NCBI GenBank assembly: GCA_900547385.1
Contig: URGQ01000002.1
Span: 114,475-178,474, forward strand
Direction: 5' to 3'
Origin: an uncultured Oscillospiraceae bacterium
GTDB lineage: Bacteria; Bacillota; Clostridia; Oscillospirales; Ruminococcaceae
Length of the DNA stretch: 64,000 nucleotides
The notes under the pieces are model-generated. The model searched no databases, was not told the DNA's origin, and worked only from the letters and a program-made list of their open reading frames with translations. How positions within the stretch are numbered: the first letter of the stretch is position 1; every line of letters starts with the position of its first letter. Made by a program: the position numbers and the translations under genes. Of the stretch, positions 31,999-42,651 are shown one piece after another.

Positions 31999-34900
31999 TT
32001 ACTGCTTTTTGTGGGCAAAGAGCCGCTTCCACCACGGCTGCGGGGCAGGCAGGTAACCGCTCTTGATGAAATACCGAAGGTAACTTTGCAGCAGAGCTGC
32101 ATCCACTGGCTGGCATGCAATGCCGCTGCCTTCGAGCAGCCGATCGGTATTGGCAGTGGAAAAGCGTGCCTGGTGAACACCGAAGCGGGCAATCATATCC
32201 TCGCCGGCGGTGCGCTGGTCAGTAAACAGGCAGGAGAGAATGCGCAGAACATTTTCCTCACTAGTGGTGGCAGTCAGGCGTTGGCACCATTCCCCATAGG
32301 GCAGCAGTTCCAGCGGATAGCCTGCTTTTTTCATCAGAGCGGTCATCTGCCGCAGCGGCATCAACCGGTGATTAAGCAGATTGAAGGCATGTCCGCAGCA
32401 TTCATTCCGGAAGGAAATATGAATAAGCGCATCGGCGACATAGTCTACCGGGGTCAGGTGCAGGTTTACCTCCACATCCGGGGCGGCGCCCAGTTGTACG
32501 CAGCCTACCATGGATCGACTGATGAGATCTTCCAGCTTCCAAATGCCGGTGGCAAGGGTACCGGTGATATCACCAGGGCGATAGACCGCTGCCCGCAGGC
32601 CACGCTGCCTGGCCAATTCCACCAGCTTTTCGGCTACCCATTTGGTCTCGGAATAGCCGAGGAAGTAGCCATCGGGAGATTCTAGCGGATCATCCTCCAT
32701 TACAGTGCGATCGAAATGACTGGGGTTATCGTATACGCTGTAACTGGAAACATAGTGGAAGTATTTCGGACGGCCTTCGCAGGCCAGCCGCAGACATTCA
32801 GCAGTGCCCAGTACATTGGCAGGCTTCATCTGCCGGTAGGGGAATACAAAATTTAGCACAGCGCCATTATGATAAACGGCATCGACCTCTTTGGAGAGGA
32901 ACTGCCAGTTTTCTTCAGTCATGCCAAGGTGGGGCTGGGTCAGATCGCCCGGCACAGCGTGCAGATAGGCAAGATAGGAATCCTGCCAGCACTCGAACCG
33001 CTTCATATTATTGATGATGCGCTCCAGAGCCTTTTCGGGTGTGGCGGCCCGGGCATGGCAATAAATTTTGATCCCATGATCCTTACGCTGCTCGATGAGA
33101 GCCCGAATGAGATAGGCCCCTAAAAAGCCGGTAGAGCCGGTGAGGAATACGGTATGGCAATCCTGCGGTTGGCAGGTATACTCGCCTTGTGGGGCAATTT
33201 CTGCGGGCAGAATACACTCTGCATGCAGATCAGGTTGGAAATCCCGCTCCCGGCCGGAAAGCAATGCGCTGAGATAAGCAGATATGCCGGAAACAGTAGG
33301 ATCGGCGGCTATGCAGCGGATATCAATATTGATGCCAAGGTCCTGTTCCAGGCCGCATACCAGCTCCATCATGCGCAGGGAATCACCGCCGAGTGTGAGG
33401 AAGCTGTCATTGGGACCGAAGGAGATGCCGGGCAGGACTTCCCGGAAAATGGCGCTGATAATGGGCTGGATCTGCTCCGGGGTAGCATTGGGCGGGAGCT
33501 CGATTTTTGGCCGGGGGGCAGCGGGTGCGCTCTGCTGGGGATTTGTGGCATTACCGCTGCTTCGGCTACTGTAAAGGAGGGGCAGTCGGCCGCTTTCGTA
33601 CAGGGTATGGGTCGCCAGTGTTTTGATCTTACGGTTATCGGTGCGGGGAAGGCTGCCGGCCGGAGTAAAGGCGACATCCCAGAAGGAGAAACCGAAATTC
33701 CGGGCTGTCAGGCGGTTGACCTGGGCGGCAATGGCCGCATAATCCGCATCGGGAGTGGACTCGGCACAGAGGATGGGATGTTCGCCTTCCGGAGAAGGCA
33801 GGGAGAATACCGCGATAGCATCGGCGGGGAGCGGAACGCCTTCCTGGCGAAGCAGCAGGGTGATATCACCGGGGAAGATATTTTTGCCGCTGATAATAAT
33901 CATTTCCTTGATTCGTCCGGTGAGATAGAGTTGTCCCTCATACAGAACACCCATATCACCGGTGCGGTAGAACTGGCCCGGATAACCAGGAATGATGGTT
34001 TGGAAGCGTTTCGTTTCCTCGGGATTTTGCCAATAGCCGGCACACACACTGCTGCCCTGGATGCAGATCTCGCCGATTTCACCGGGTTCACAGGGGGAAC
34101 CATCCGGACGGATGGCGACCAGGACCATATTGCCCGCAGGTCGCCCAACGCTGACAATGTCCTTTTCTCCAGTGGGGGAGGGAACGAAGCGGCCTTCCCG
34201 ATAGGATTCCAGATCGATATGCTGACAGCGGAAATCCCGGCTGGCCAATGTACCAACACAAACACACTCCGAAAGTCCGTAACCGGGTGCAAAGCAATCC
34301 GTTGAGATATGGAACAATTCACAGAACTTGTCCACAGTGGCGGCATTTACAAATTCGGAGCCATTAATGAGGTGGGTGACATGGGAAAGATCATACTTTT
34401 TGGCTTCCTCCGGAGAGATGAGTCGGGTACAAACCTCATAGGCGGAATTGGGCGCTGCGGTGATATTTACCTTGTAATCGGCGATGACCCGCAGCCAAAT
34501 GGTGGGCCGGGCCAAAAACTGCAGGGTGGGGATAAAGTAAGAGATGCCGGTATCGGCAATGACTGGCAGAAAAATGGCCACGATGAGGCCGATATTGTGG
34601 TAAAAGGGTACCCAGGAGGCAAGATTGTTCTTAGTGTGCTGGAAATCGAAGATCTCCAGGCACTGACCGATGCAGCCCATGAGGTTTCCATAAGTGACCA
34701 TAACGCCCTTTGGCGCACTGGTGGAGCCGGAGGTATACTGCAAATACAGCAGGTCATCGGCTTCATGCGGAGTCAATTTGCCCAGGGGTGCGGGTTTTAC
34801 CTTATCGGAGTAGATGCGCTTGAGTGTCACAACATTGAGGAAGGCTTTTTTGAGCAGTGAGCCGGTCACATTGGTATCGGCCTCCTTTTCCATGCCTTCG

Positions 34901-35250
34901 TTGGAGATGAGAAAGCGAGGTTTACAAGATTTGAGTACCGAGACAAAACGGTCCAGCTTGCCTTCATCAATGGGAGGCGGGATAACGGTAAAGATCACCC
35001 CAGCGATCATACAGCCCCAAATGGCATAGACGGTTCCGGCATCCTGCATGGAAAGGATAATAGCGCGGTCACCGGGACGGGCGCCCTTTTGACGCAGCTC
35101 CGCGGCCATATCCATAGCATGCTGCCATGCTTCGCCAATCGTTATATAGTGGTGAACATAGGGCTCGCTTCCGCAATCCATAAAGTCATACATCGGCCGT
35201 TCAGGGTTCTGCGCGGCATCCCGCATGAATTTTTCCAAAATACCATCCAT
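31999..35250 (-). CDS. Carboxylic-acid-reductase-like three-domain enzyme: fatty acyl-AMP ligase (FAAL-type adenylation), carrier protein, thioester reductase
   Basis: Adenylation motifs (YTSGSTSAPKGV, FAAL-like N-terminus). Phosphopantetheine attachment site FLTLGGDSLRMMEL. Reductase NAD(P) motif TGSTGFLG and VLNFVFPY...NVLGTAECLRLA, which matches CAR and NRPS terminal reductase domains. ATG at 35250 after GGAGGTGG. Confidence 0.8.
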   Translation of the reverse strand: MDGILEKFMRDAAQNPERPMYDFMDCGSEPYVHHYITIGEAWQHAMDMAAELRQKGARPGDRAIILSMQDAGTVYAIWGCMIAGVIFTVIPPPIDEGKLDRFVSVLKSCKPRFLISNEGMEKEADTNVTGSLLKKAFLNVVTLKRIYSDKVKPAPLGKLTPHEADDLLYLQYTSGSTSAPKGVMVTYGNLMGCIGQCLEIFDFQHTKNNLASWVPFYHNIGLIVAIFLPVIADTGISYFIPTLQFLARPTIWLRVIADYKVNITAAPNSAYEVCTRLISPEEAKKYDLSHVTHLINGSEFVNAATVDKFCELFHISTDCFAPGYGLSECVCVGTLASRDFRCQHIDLESYREGRFVPSPTGEKDIVSVGRPAGNMVLVAIRPDGSPCEPGEIGEICIQGSSVCAGYWQNPEETKRFQTIIPGYPGQFYRTGDMGVLYEGQLYLTGRIKEMIIISGKNIFPGDITLLLRQEGVPLPADAIAVFSLPSPEGEHPILCAESTPDADYAAIAAQVNRLTARNFGFSFWDVAFTPAGSLPRTDNRKIKTLATHTLYESGRLPLLYSSRSSGNATNPQQSAPAAPRPKIELPPNATPEQIQPIISAIFREVLPGISFGPNDSFLTLGGDSLRMMELVCGLEQDLGINIDIRCIAADPTVSGISAYLSALLSGRERDFQPDLHAECILPAEIAPQGEYTCQPQDCHTVFLTGSTGFLGAYLIRALIEQRKDHGIKIYCHARAATPEKALERIINNMKRFECWQDSYLAYLHAVPGDLTQPHLGMTEENWQFLSKEVDAVYHNGAVLNFVFPYRQMKPANVLGTAECLRLACEGRPKYFHYVSSYSVYDNPSHFDRTVMEDDPLESPDGYFLGYSETKWVAEKLVELARQRGLRAAVYRPGDITGTLATGIWKLEDLISRSMVGCVQLGAAPDVEVNLHLTPVDYVADALIHISFRNECCGHAFNLLNHRLMPLRQMTALMKKAGYPLELLPYGEWCQRLTATTSEENVLRILSCLFTDQRTAGEDMIARFGVHQARFSTANTDRLLEGSGIACQPVDAALLQSYLRYFIKSGYLPAPQPWWKRLFAHKKQ

Positions 35251-35481
35251 TATAGCCACCTCCATGGGAAGATTACCAATATTTATTAGTTGGCTAATCA
35301 ACCAATATACTAAGGATAGTAAAACACTTTTTAGGGAGAATGTCAACAGAATCGTAGCAATTTTGCTAACATTCCGCAAATTTCCGACGAAATATGCCAT
35401 GGGAAAAGAAAAAACTCCCGACAGAGGACCGCTTTGTATCGGGCAGTTCTACTATCAGGAGTGCGGGACTATTATGATGGG

Positions 35482-37461
35482 TTATTCTTTGGGGGTGATG
35501 GCGCCGCTGCGGTAGGCCTCCAGCAGTTCCTGCAGATCGGCTACCCGGCGGGCAATGGTCTTACCGTCGTCGATATCCCGGATGAGCTGGCGGCGTGGAA
35601 ATTTTTCTACCACGCGTACCTCGGAGTGCATATCTTCATTGTTACGCATGGCCTCGCTGATATTGATGGGATGGTGCTGGGCCAGCAGCAGCTGGTGGGA
35701 GTTGCTGACCAGGGTATAGCCGCAGCCGCCGGTGACGGAATTGAGACGCTCATTCATGCCGCCATCAATATTGATGACACGGCCATTGGCCTTGACAGGA
35801 GACTCACCGGCTTTGACCGGGACATGGCCGGTGATGATCTTGCCGTGGACGGGATCGGCTCCGAATTCTTCCAGAATGCGGATGGCTGTTTCCTCCTGCT
35901 CGATCCACTTATAGTAGGGGTCTTTTTCCTCCTTGCCGGCGGTGTCATCCGCAATGAAGTACCGCTCGAAGGTAGCGATCTTATATTTGCCGCTAAGCGG
36001 GGAGTGAGTTCCGCACCATAGATACCACATCAGATCCAGACTGTTCCTGCGCAGTTCGGAATGACGGGGTGCATAGGATGCCACCCGAACAATGTGATTG
36101 TAGGCATCCAGCATGGCCCGGCCGGCATACTTTTGGCCATTGATGGTGGAGTAGTGCAGGGTACCGTCCTCATTCATAGGAATGCAGCCGTGATAGAGAA
36201 GGTAGCCGTTATTGACCTTGTAAATGGAGCCGTTATCCAGCAGGAACTTGAGATGACGCTGCATCCGTACGCTGTTGCGGAAGGAAAAGGCCAAATCGTT
36301 CATCACGGTTTCCTCCTCCGGAGAGAGACGATAGGGGTCTTCCGGTGAGAGGGTGGGGAAATGGGAATCCTTGAGGTCATACCAATGACCGTCGATTTGG
36401 ATACGGTGGGTCTTTGAGTCCATCGTTTCCCAGAAGAGACGGTGTGACATGTGATATTCGGGATGATCCCGCAGGATGCGGCCCTCCAGCTTGAACTGGA
36501 TGACCGAGATGGCCTTGTGCACCTTGGCGGTGAGTTCATCATTTTCCCGGCGCTGCTTCAGTTCAGTTTCCCGCTTGCTGTGGCTGGGCAGAAAAAGAGT
36601 GCAGGGATCATCACGGTAGGTTTCCAGCGCAAACTGGGTGAGAGGGCGCAGGTTAATGCCGTAGCCGTCCTCTAGAGAATCAAAGTTATTGTAGCGGATG
36701 CAGTTGCGCAGCACATTGGCGATGGAGGCCCACTGGCCCATAGCTGCCGCCATCCACAGGATATCGTGATTGCCCCACTGGATATCGACATTATTATACT
36801 CCATCAAGGTATCCATAACCTTATGAGCGCCGTTGCCGCGGTCAAATACATCGCCGACAATGTGCAGTTTATCAATGACCGCGTGCTGGATGAGCTCCGA
36901 AATGGCGATGATGAAAGCATCGGCACTGCCAATTTCGATGATGCTGTGGACGATATTGTGGACATAGGTGGTGCGGTTGTCATCCTCATCAGCTTCGGAG
37001 TAATTGAGCAACTCATCGATGATGTAGGCAAAATCGTGGGGCATGGCCTTGCGCACCTTGGAGCGGGTGTACTTACTGGTGGCCTTGCGGCAAACCTGCA
37101 CCAAATGCAGCAGGGTGGTGGTGTACCAGACCTGGTTTAGTGAGCCATGAGCTTCCTTGAGGAGTGCCAACTTTTCTTCCGGGTAATAGATGAGAGTGGC
37201 CAGTTCATCCATTTCGGCAGTGGACATTTCCTCCTCTGAGAAGCATTGGAAGATCTTGCGTCGGACGGAGCCGGAAGCATTTTTGAGAATATGAAGAAAA
37301 AGGCGGTATTCACCATGAATATCGCTGATAAAGTGTTCGGTGCCTTTGGGCAGGCCGAGGATGGCATTTAAGTTGATGATTTCGGTAGAGACCTGGGCAG
37401 GGCTGGGAAACTTTTGAGAGAGAAGCTCCAGGTATTGCAGTCGTTCTTCGGTCAGGTTCAA
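35482..37461 (-). CDS. fbp: Fructose-1,6-bisphosphatase class 3
   Basis: TEIINLNAILGLPKGTEHFISDIHGEY matches Bacillus Fbp. Metallophosphoesterase motifs GDVFDRG and GNHD. 659 aa, TTG start after GGAGG. Confidence 0.85.
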   Translation of the reverse strand: MNLTEERLQYLELLSQKFPSPAQVSTEIINLNAILGLPKGTEHFISDIHGEYRLFLHILKNASGSVRRKIFQCFSEEEMSTAEMDELATLIYYPEEKLALLKEAHGSLNQVWYTTTLLHLVQVCRKATSKYTRSKVRKAMPHDFAYIIDELLNYSEADEDDNRTTYVHNIVHSIIEIGSADAFIIAISELIQHAVIDKLHIVGDVFDRGNGAHKVMDTLMEYNNVDIQWGNHDILWMAAAMGQWASIANVLRNCIRYNNFDSLEDGYGINLRPLTQFALETYRDDPCTLFLPSHSKRETELKQRRENDELTAKVHKAISVIQFKLEGRILRDHPEYHMSHRLFWETMDSKTHRIQIDGHWYDLKDSHFPTLSPEDPYRLSPEEETVMNDLAFSFRNSVRMQRHLKFLLDNGSIYKVNNGYLLYHGCIPMNEDGTLHYSTINGQKYAGRAMLDAYNHIVRVASYAPRHSELRRNSLDLMWYLWCGTHSPLSGKYKIATFERYFIADDTAGKEEKDPYYKWIEQEETAIRILEEFGADPVHGKIITGHVPVKAGESPVKANGRVINIDGGMNERLNSVTGGCGYTLVSNSHQLLLAQHHPINISEAMRNNEDMHSEVRVVEKFPRRQLIRDIDDGKTIARRVADLQELLEAYRSGAITPKE

Positions 37462-37531
37462 GGGATCGCCTCCGTGGGGTAGTATGTTTTATTTTATTAT
37501 AAAGCAAACGCCCCACGGTGGCAAGCAGAAT

Positions 37532-38428
37532 TCAGCAGAGTCCGAGTTGTTTCGTCATAGTAAATTGTTGTTGCAGTAATGCAAGGTGATCCGGTTCTAT
37601 GAGGGAAAGTGGCATGCGGCAGCTGCCACAAGGGAAACCAACAAGCGGCATGGCAGCTTTGACAGGGATGGGGTTGACCTCGCAAAAGAGGGATTTCATC
37701 AAGGGAAGAAGGGAATAGTGCAGGGAACGGGCTGCCGATAGATCGTTCTGCAAGATCGCCTGACAGAGGGCTTCGGTGCTGTGGGGAAGCAGATTGCTGA
37801 GGACGGAAATGCAGCCGTGTGCTCCCAGGGACATCAGAGGCAGGGTGAGGTCATCATTGCCAGAATAGAGGGGGAGAGTATCACCAAGTTCCAACAGGTG
37901 TTGATGAATGAGGCTAAAATCGGTACTGGCTTCCTTAAGGCCGATGATATTATCAACTTTGGAAAGTTTCCGGCGGCTCTCCATATCGATGGTCACCCCG
38001 GTACGGGACGGAACATTATAGATGATGACCGGGAGCGGTGTGGCGGATGCCAGCCGCGCGAAATGCGACTGTAAGCCCTTGGGCGTGCATTTATTGTAAT
38101 AAGGGGTGACTAGAAGCAGGGCATCGGCACCGGCCGCCGCGGCGGCCAGGCAGTTCTGTTCGGCACGGGCGGTGTCATTGCATCCGGCTCCAGCGATGAC
38201 CGGCACCCGGCCAGCTGCGGTTTTGGCTACAGTTTGGATGACGGTAAAGCGTTCCTCATCAGTGAGAGTAGCGGCTTCTCCCGTGGTGCCGCAGGGCACC
38301 AACGCTGAGATACTGCTTTGGATCTGCCATTCTGCAAGGCGGGAGAGAGTTTCTAAATCCAAAGAGCCATCTGGCTGCATTGGGGTGACCAGTGCCGTGG
38401 CTGCCCCGCGGAATAGAATTTGTTTCAT
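37532..38428 (-). CDS. dapA: 4-hydroxy-tetrahydrodipicolinate synthase
   Basis: DapA homology with a TIM barrel; ATG at 38428 after AAAGGAGG. Confidence 0.9.
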   Translation of the reverse strand: MKQILFRGAATALVTPMQPDGSLDLETLSRLAEWQIQSSISALVPCGTTGEAATLTDEERFTVIQTVAKTAAGRVPVIAGAGCNDTARAEQNCLAAAAAGADALLLVTPYYNKCTPKGLQSHFARLASATPLPVIIYNVPSRTGVTIDMESRRKLSKVDNIIGLKEASTDFSLIHQHLLELGDTLPLYSGNDDLTLPLMSLGAHGCISVLSNLLPHSTEALCQAILQNDLSAARSLHYSLLPLMKSLFCEVNPIPVKAAMPLVGFPCGSCRMPLSLIEPDHLALLQQQFTMTKQLGLC

Positions 38429-38561
38429 ATGAAATACGCCTCCTTTCATCCTTAGTATATGAGAGGGAGTAGCGTGTCATTAAAATGGAACGAAAAAGAA
38501 GCCGATCACTGAAAATGACCTGCTTCTTTTAGATGGAATATTCAATGGGATAGTACAGCGT

Positions 38562-39641
38562 TTAATGTCCGGTGTTCCTTTGGGGCTTCGTTTCGTTTGT
38601 AATAAACATGGCATCGCCAAAGGAGAAGAACCGGTAGCGTTCTTTAACAGCCTCATGGTAGGCATTCATGATGTGATCGTACCCTGCAAAGGCAGCGACC
38701 AGCATGATAAGGGTGCTTTCCGGCAGATGAAAATTAGTGATAAGGGCATCGATGCATTTCCACTGGTAGCCGGGATAGATGAAAATATCGGTATTATCGC
38801 TGCACTCGCGCAGTCCTTTCCCGGGAATATAGGCAGATTCCAGCGTGCGGCAGCTGGTGGTACCTACGGCAATGACACGGTGGCCAGTGCGTTTGGCCTC
38901 ATTGATGAGATCAGCGGCCTCCTGCGAGACCCAGTAGTGTTCTGAGTGCATATGATGCTGAGTCACATCGTCTACCTTCACCGGACGGAAGGTGCCAAGG
39001 CCAACATGAAGTGTCAGGTAAGCTATCTTTACACCTTTCTCCTGAATTTTTTGCAGTAGTTCTTCGGTAAAATGTAGCCCGGCGGTGGGGGCGGCAGCAC
39101 TGCCCAGTACCTTATTGTAGACAGTCTGGTAGCGTTCACCATCTTCCAGCTGTTCGGTGATGTAGGGCGGCAGCGGCATGCGGCCAACTTCCTCCAGCAC
39201 CGCAAAGATATTATTGCCCTCGTATTCAAATTTGACCCGACGGTTGCCGCCTTCCAGGATTTCCAGTACCTCGGCGTGCAGCAGCCCATCACCGAATACA
39301 AACCGAGCGCCGATCTTGGCCCGTTTGCCTGGGCGCACCATCGTTTCCCATTCATCATTGCCCAGCTGCTTCAGCAGAAGAAATTCAATGGCGCCGTCGG
39401 TTTCCTCTTTTTTGCCGATGAGGCGGGAGGGCATAACACGGCTGTTATTCACCGCCAGCACATCACCGGGGTTCAGGTAGTCAATGATATCGGTAAATAC
39501 ATGGTGAGAGATCTCGCCGGTTTCCTTATTCAGCACCATCAGGCGGCTGCTGTCCCGACGCTCCAGCGGTGTTTGGGCGATGAGTTCCTGCGGCAGGTCG
39601 TAATAATAGTCGGATGTCTTGGTCATCAAACGGTCTTGCAT
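38562..39641 (-). CDS. queA: S-adenosylmethionine:tRNA ribosyltransferase-isomerase
   Basis: [24 protein letters not shown]-terminus and QueA homology across the whole length. Confidence 0.9.
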   Translation of the reverse strand: MQDRLMTKTSDYYYDLPQELIAQTPLERRDSSRLMVLNKETGEISHHVFTDIIDYLNPGDVLAVNNSRVMPSRLIGKKEETDGAIEFLLLKQLGNDEWETMVRPGKRAKIGARFVFGDGLLHAEVLEILEGGNRRVKFEYEGNNIFAVLEEVGRMPLPPYITEQLEDGERYQTVYNKVLGSAAAPTAGLHFTEELLQKIQEKGVKIAYLTLHVGLGTFRPVKVDDVTQHHMHSEHYWVSQEAADLINEAKRTGHRVIAVGTTSCRTLESAYIPGKGLRECSDNTDIFIYPGYQWKCIDALITNFHLPESTLIMLVAAFAGYDHIMNAYHEAVKERYRFFSFGDAMFITNETKPQRNTGH

Positions 39642-39780
39642 CTTTTTACCTTCATTCCATAGTGTTTTACATTTCAGCCTATTATAGCACACTTCTTCTG
39701 CCGGTACAACCGCATAAGAGCGGGGCTTTGACGGGTGCTGGCCCAAAAGCAATACCATTGGTGGGGGAAACATTTATTCT

Positions 39781-40013
39781 AATGAGATGACCGGTGCTCA
39801 GGATGCCCAGACCGCCCATAGGTCTCGGAGGATATTCTTGACCTGACCGGTATGACCCGCATAGTCATTACACATATGCTGGAGGAGGCACTGCTGCATC
39901 GGTATGATGGTATCCTGGCTATAAAGAACGGCACAATGGAGGAATGCGGTCACTTTGATGAGTTGATGGCAAACAAGGGGTATTTCTACGCATTGTTCAC
40001 CGTTTCGCAATGA
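39781..40013 (+). pseudogene. 3' fragment of an ABC transporter ATP-binding gene (D-loop to C-terminus), internally frameshifted
   Basis: NEMTGAQDAQTAH, then a frame change, then SEDILDLTGMTRIVITHML...ELMANKGYFYALF. There is no Walker A/B, no start codon and no promoter. Confidence 0.6.
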
Positions 40014-40175
40014 GGTGAGAGTATAATCAAAAGCAGGACGACTGGAAGTGGTCATTCTGCTTTTTCTATTTATTAAGATTTGGCGAATGGTATTTTAATT
40101 GAAAAGGGCACACTATTATGGTATGATATATTTGTTTTATCAGACGGGCATTAATATTGGCATAGGAGAAACTGA

Positions 40176-41039
40176 GTGAAGAAACACTGGCTGCTGCTTA
40201 TTTTAATTGTGGCGATTTTTCTTTTGCTGTGCTGGTCACTGTGGTGGAGCAACTATGGACTAAAAACTGTACGATATACCGTTGGCGGTATGAGTTTGCC
40301 GGAAGGCTTTAATGGCTATCACATCGTACAGCTTTCTGATCTGCACAGTGTGTCCTTGGGTGAAGAGAACGGTCGATTGCTGAAAGCGATTCGTGCGGAG
40401 GAACCGGATATTATTGTAATGACCGGCGATATGGTGAGCCGTTATGATGAGGACTTTAGTGTGACATTGGCGCTGTGCAGTGCACTGGCGGAGGAATATC
40501 CGGTCTACTATATCCGTGGGAACCATGAGGAAGGACTGGCCACCGCCGACTGGGAAAGCTACCGTGCTGCGTTGGCAGCATCCAGAGTACAAGTATTGGA
40601 TAATGAAACGGTGCAGCTTACGGCGGAAAACGGCGACAGAATCAACCTGACGGGACTGTGGTACAAGCTGGATTATTACCACAAGTATGCCAGCCACTAT
40701 CGCCCAGTGACGGAGGAAACGATGTATACCATACTGGGAGAGGCACCGGAGGGGTATAATATTCTGTTGGCGCATAATCCAAACTACTTTCCGGTATATG
40801 CTGCGTGGGGTGCCGATGTGACCTTCTGCGGGCATATCCACGGTGGGATGATATGGTTGCCGCTGCTAGGCGGGATTCTTTCTCCCGAGACGATCTTGTT
40901 CCCGGAATATGATGGAGGAAGTTACCAAATAGAAGATAAAACGATGATTTTGAGTCGGGGGCTGGGACGGGGACGAATGGGGATTCGGCTCTTTAACCCG
41001 CCGGAGCTGGTATGTGTAACACTGACAAGAGAGGAATAA
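40176..41039 (+). CDS. Membrane-anchored metallophosphoesterase (YkuE/calcineurin-like)
   Basis: N-terminal TM helix and motifs LSDLHS, GDMV, GNHE; GTG start after GGAGAAA. Confidence 0.8.
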   Translation: MKKHWLLLILIVAIFLLLCWSLWWSNYGLKTVRYTVGGMSLPEGFNGYHIVQLSDLHSVSLGEENGRLLKAIRAEEPDIIVMTGDMVSRYDEDFSVTLALCSALAEEYPVYYIRGNHEEGLATADWESYRAALAASRVQVLDNETVQLTAENGDRINLTGLWYKLDYYHKYASHYRPVTEETMYTILGEAPEGYNILLAHNPNYFPVYAAWGADVTFCGHIHGGMIWLPLLGGILSPETILFPEYDGGSYQIEDKTMILSRGLGRGRMGIRLFNPPELVCVTLTREE

Positions 41040-41045
41040 AAAGAA

Positions 41046-42175
41046 TGTATCAACTGAAACTGACAGAAGGAGCAGCCCGGCGGGGAGCGCTTACCACCGT
41101 ACATGGTACGGTGCAGACGCCGGCCTTTATGAATGTGGCGACGGCGGCTGCCATCAAGGGCGGTATTTCCGCTTATGACCTGAAGGAGCTGAAGTGCCAG
41201 GTGATGCTGTGCAATACCTATCACCTGCATCTGCGACCTGGTGATAATGTGGTGCGTCAGCTGGGAGGGCTGCACAGGTTTACCGGTTGGCAGGGACCCA
41301 TCCTGACCGACAGTGGCGGGTTCCAGGTGTTTTCGCTTGCATCGCTACGGCATATCGAGGAAAAGGGAGTGACCTTTGCCTCCCATATCGATGGACATCG
41401 TATTTTTATGGGACCAGAGGAGAGCATGCAGATCCAGTCGCATTTGGGTTCTACCATTGCAATGGCATTTGATGAATGTATCGAAAACCCATCGCCCCGG
41501 GATTATGTGCAGAAATCGGTAGCACGGACGACCCGATGGTTGGAGCGCTGCCAAAAGGAAATGGCCCGGCTGAACAGCCTGGAGGATACTGTGAATCCAC
41601 ACCAGCTACTGTTTGGCATCAACCAGGGCGGCACCTATGAGGATATTCGGGTGCAGCACATGAAGGATATTGCTGCGATGGGACTGGACGGCTATGCCAT
41701 CGGTGGACTGGCAGTGGGCGAGAGCGCCGAAGAGATGTATCATATCATTGAGGCTGTGGAGCCCTTTGCCCCGAAGGATAAGATCCGTTACCTAATGGGT
41801 GTTGGTACACCTGTGAATATCTTGGAATCGGTACACCGGGGTGTAGATCTTTTTGACTGTGTGATGCCAAGCCGCAATGCCCGACATGGCCATCTTTTTA
41901 CCTGGGAAGGGATCATTAATATCCAAAATGCTAAGTATGTAACGGATGACCGCCCGGTGGATGCCCTTTGCGGGTGCCCACTGTGCCGTAACCATACCCG
42001 CGCCTACTTGCGCCACCTGATGCGTGCCAATGAAATGCTTGGTATGCGGCTGGCTGTGATGCATAACCTGTGGTTCTATAATACACTGATGGAAGAGATA
42101 AGGTTAGCACTGGATGAGGGACGGTTTGAGAGCTTCTACCGCGAGCATGTGCCAATACTGGGTAAGAGAATATAA
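41046..42175 (+). CDS. tgt: Queuine tRNA-ribosyltransferase
   Basis: Tgt homology across the whole length; zinc site CxCxxC...H (CGCPLCRNH). Confidence 0.95.
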
Positions 42176-42275
42176 AAGTGCGGAATAGAACAATATTTTC
42201 TCCGGATTTTACTTGCAAAATGATCGGTAATTCTCTATAATATTTGTTAAAGACTTTTTTGGAGGATAAAACAAT

Positions 42276-42587
42276 ATGAACATTGCTTTTCTTGAAACTG
42301 CTTCTGGCTCCGGTTCCATGTGGTCTTCCATCATTATGATGGCTTTGATCATCGTTGTATTCTGGTTCTTCATCATCCGTCCCCAGCGGAAAAAGGATAA
42401 AGAGACTGCCAAGATGCGCAGCGAGCTGCAGGTAGGCGATGAGATCGTCACCATCGGCGGCATCATTGGGATTATCGTCAGCATGAAAGAGGATTCCCTC
42501 GTTATTGAGACCGGCAGCGACCGTTCCAAGGTCCGCCTGGCTCGTTGGGCCATCAGCGGCAAGAACACCACTGCTGAGCCGAAGTAA
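42276..42587 (+). CDS. yajC: Preprotein translocase subunit YajC
   Basis: About 100 aa, single TM helix, YajC family. Confidence 0.9.
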   Translation: MNIAFLETASGSGSMWSSIIMMALIIVVFWFFIIRPQRKKDKETAKMRSELQVGDEIVTIGGIIGIIVSMKEDSLVIETGSDRSKVRLARWAISGKNTTAEPK

Positions 42588-42602
42588 TTTCTTCTAAAAT
42601 AT

Positions 42603-42651
42603 CGCCTCCCATCATAGGATTGAACAGACAATCCGGATGGGAGGCGTTTTT
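42603..42651 (+). terminator. Strong hairpin after yajC whose 3' arm contains the SD of the next gene
   Basis: CGCCTCCCATC-N22-GATGGGAGGCG followed by TTTTT and then the ATG at 42652. Confidence 0.55.

Noticed and set aside
33154-34305. 383-aa plus-strand ORF inside the reductase gene
   Set aside because: Antisense to a strongly supported coding sequence. Its composition is typical of a wrong-strand translation (Gly/Ala/Arg rich), with no SD.
37462-37531. Long-loop inverted repeat CCGTGGGG...CCCCACGG between dapA and fbp as a riboswitch
   Set aside because: The loop is AT-rich and the element sits where the dapA terminator and fbp promoter are expected. I see no conserved riboswitch core.
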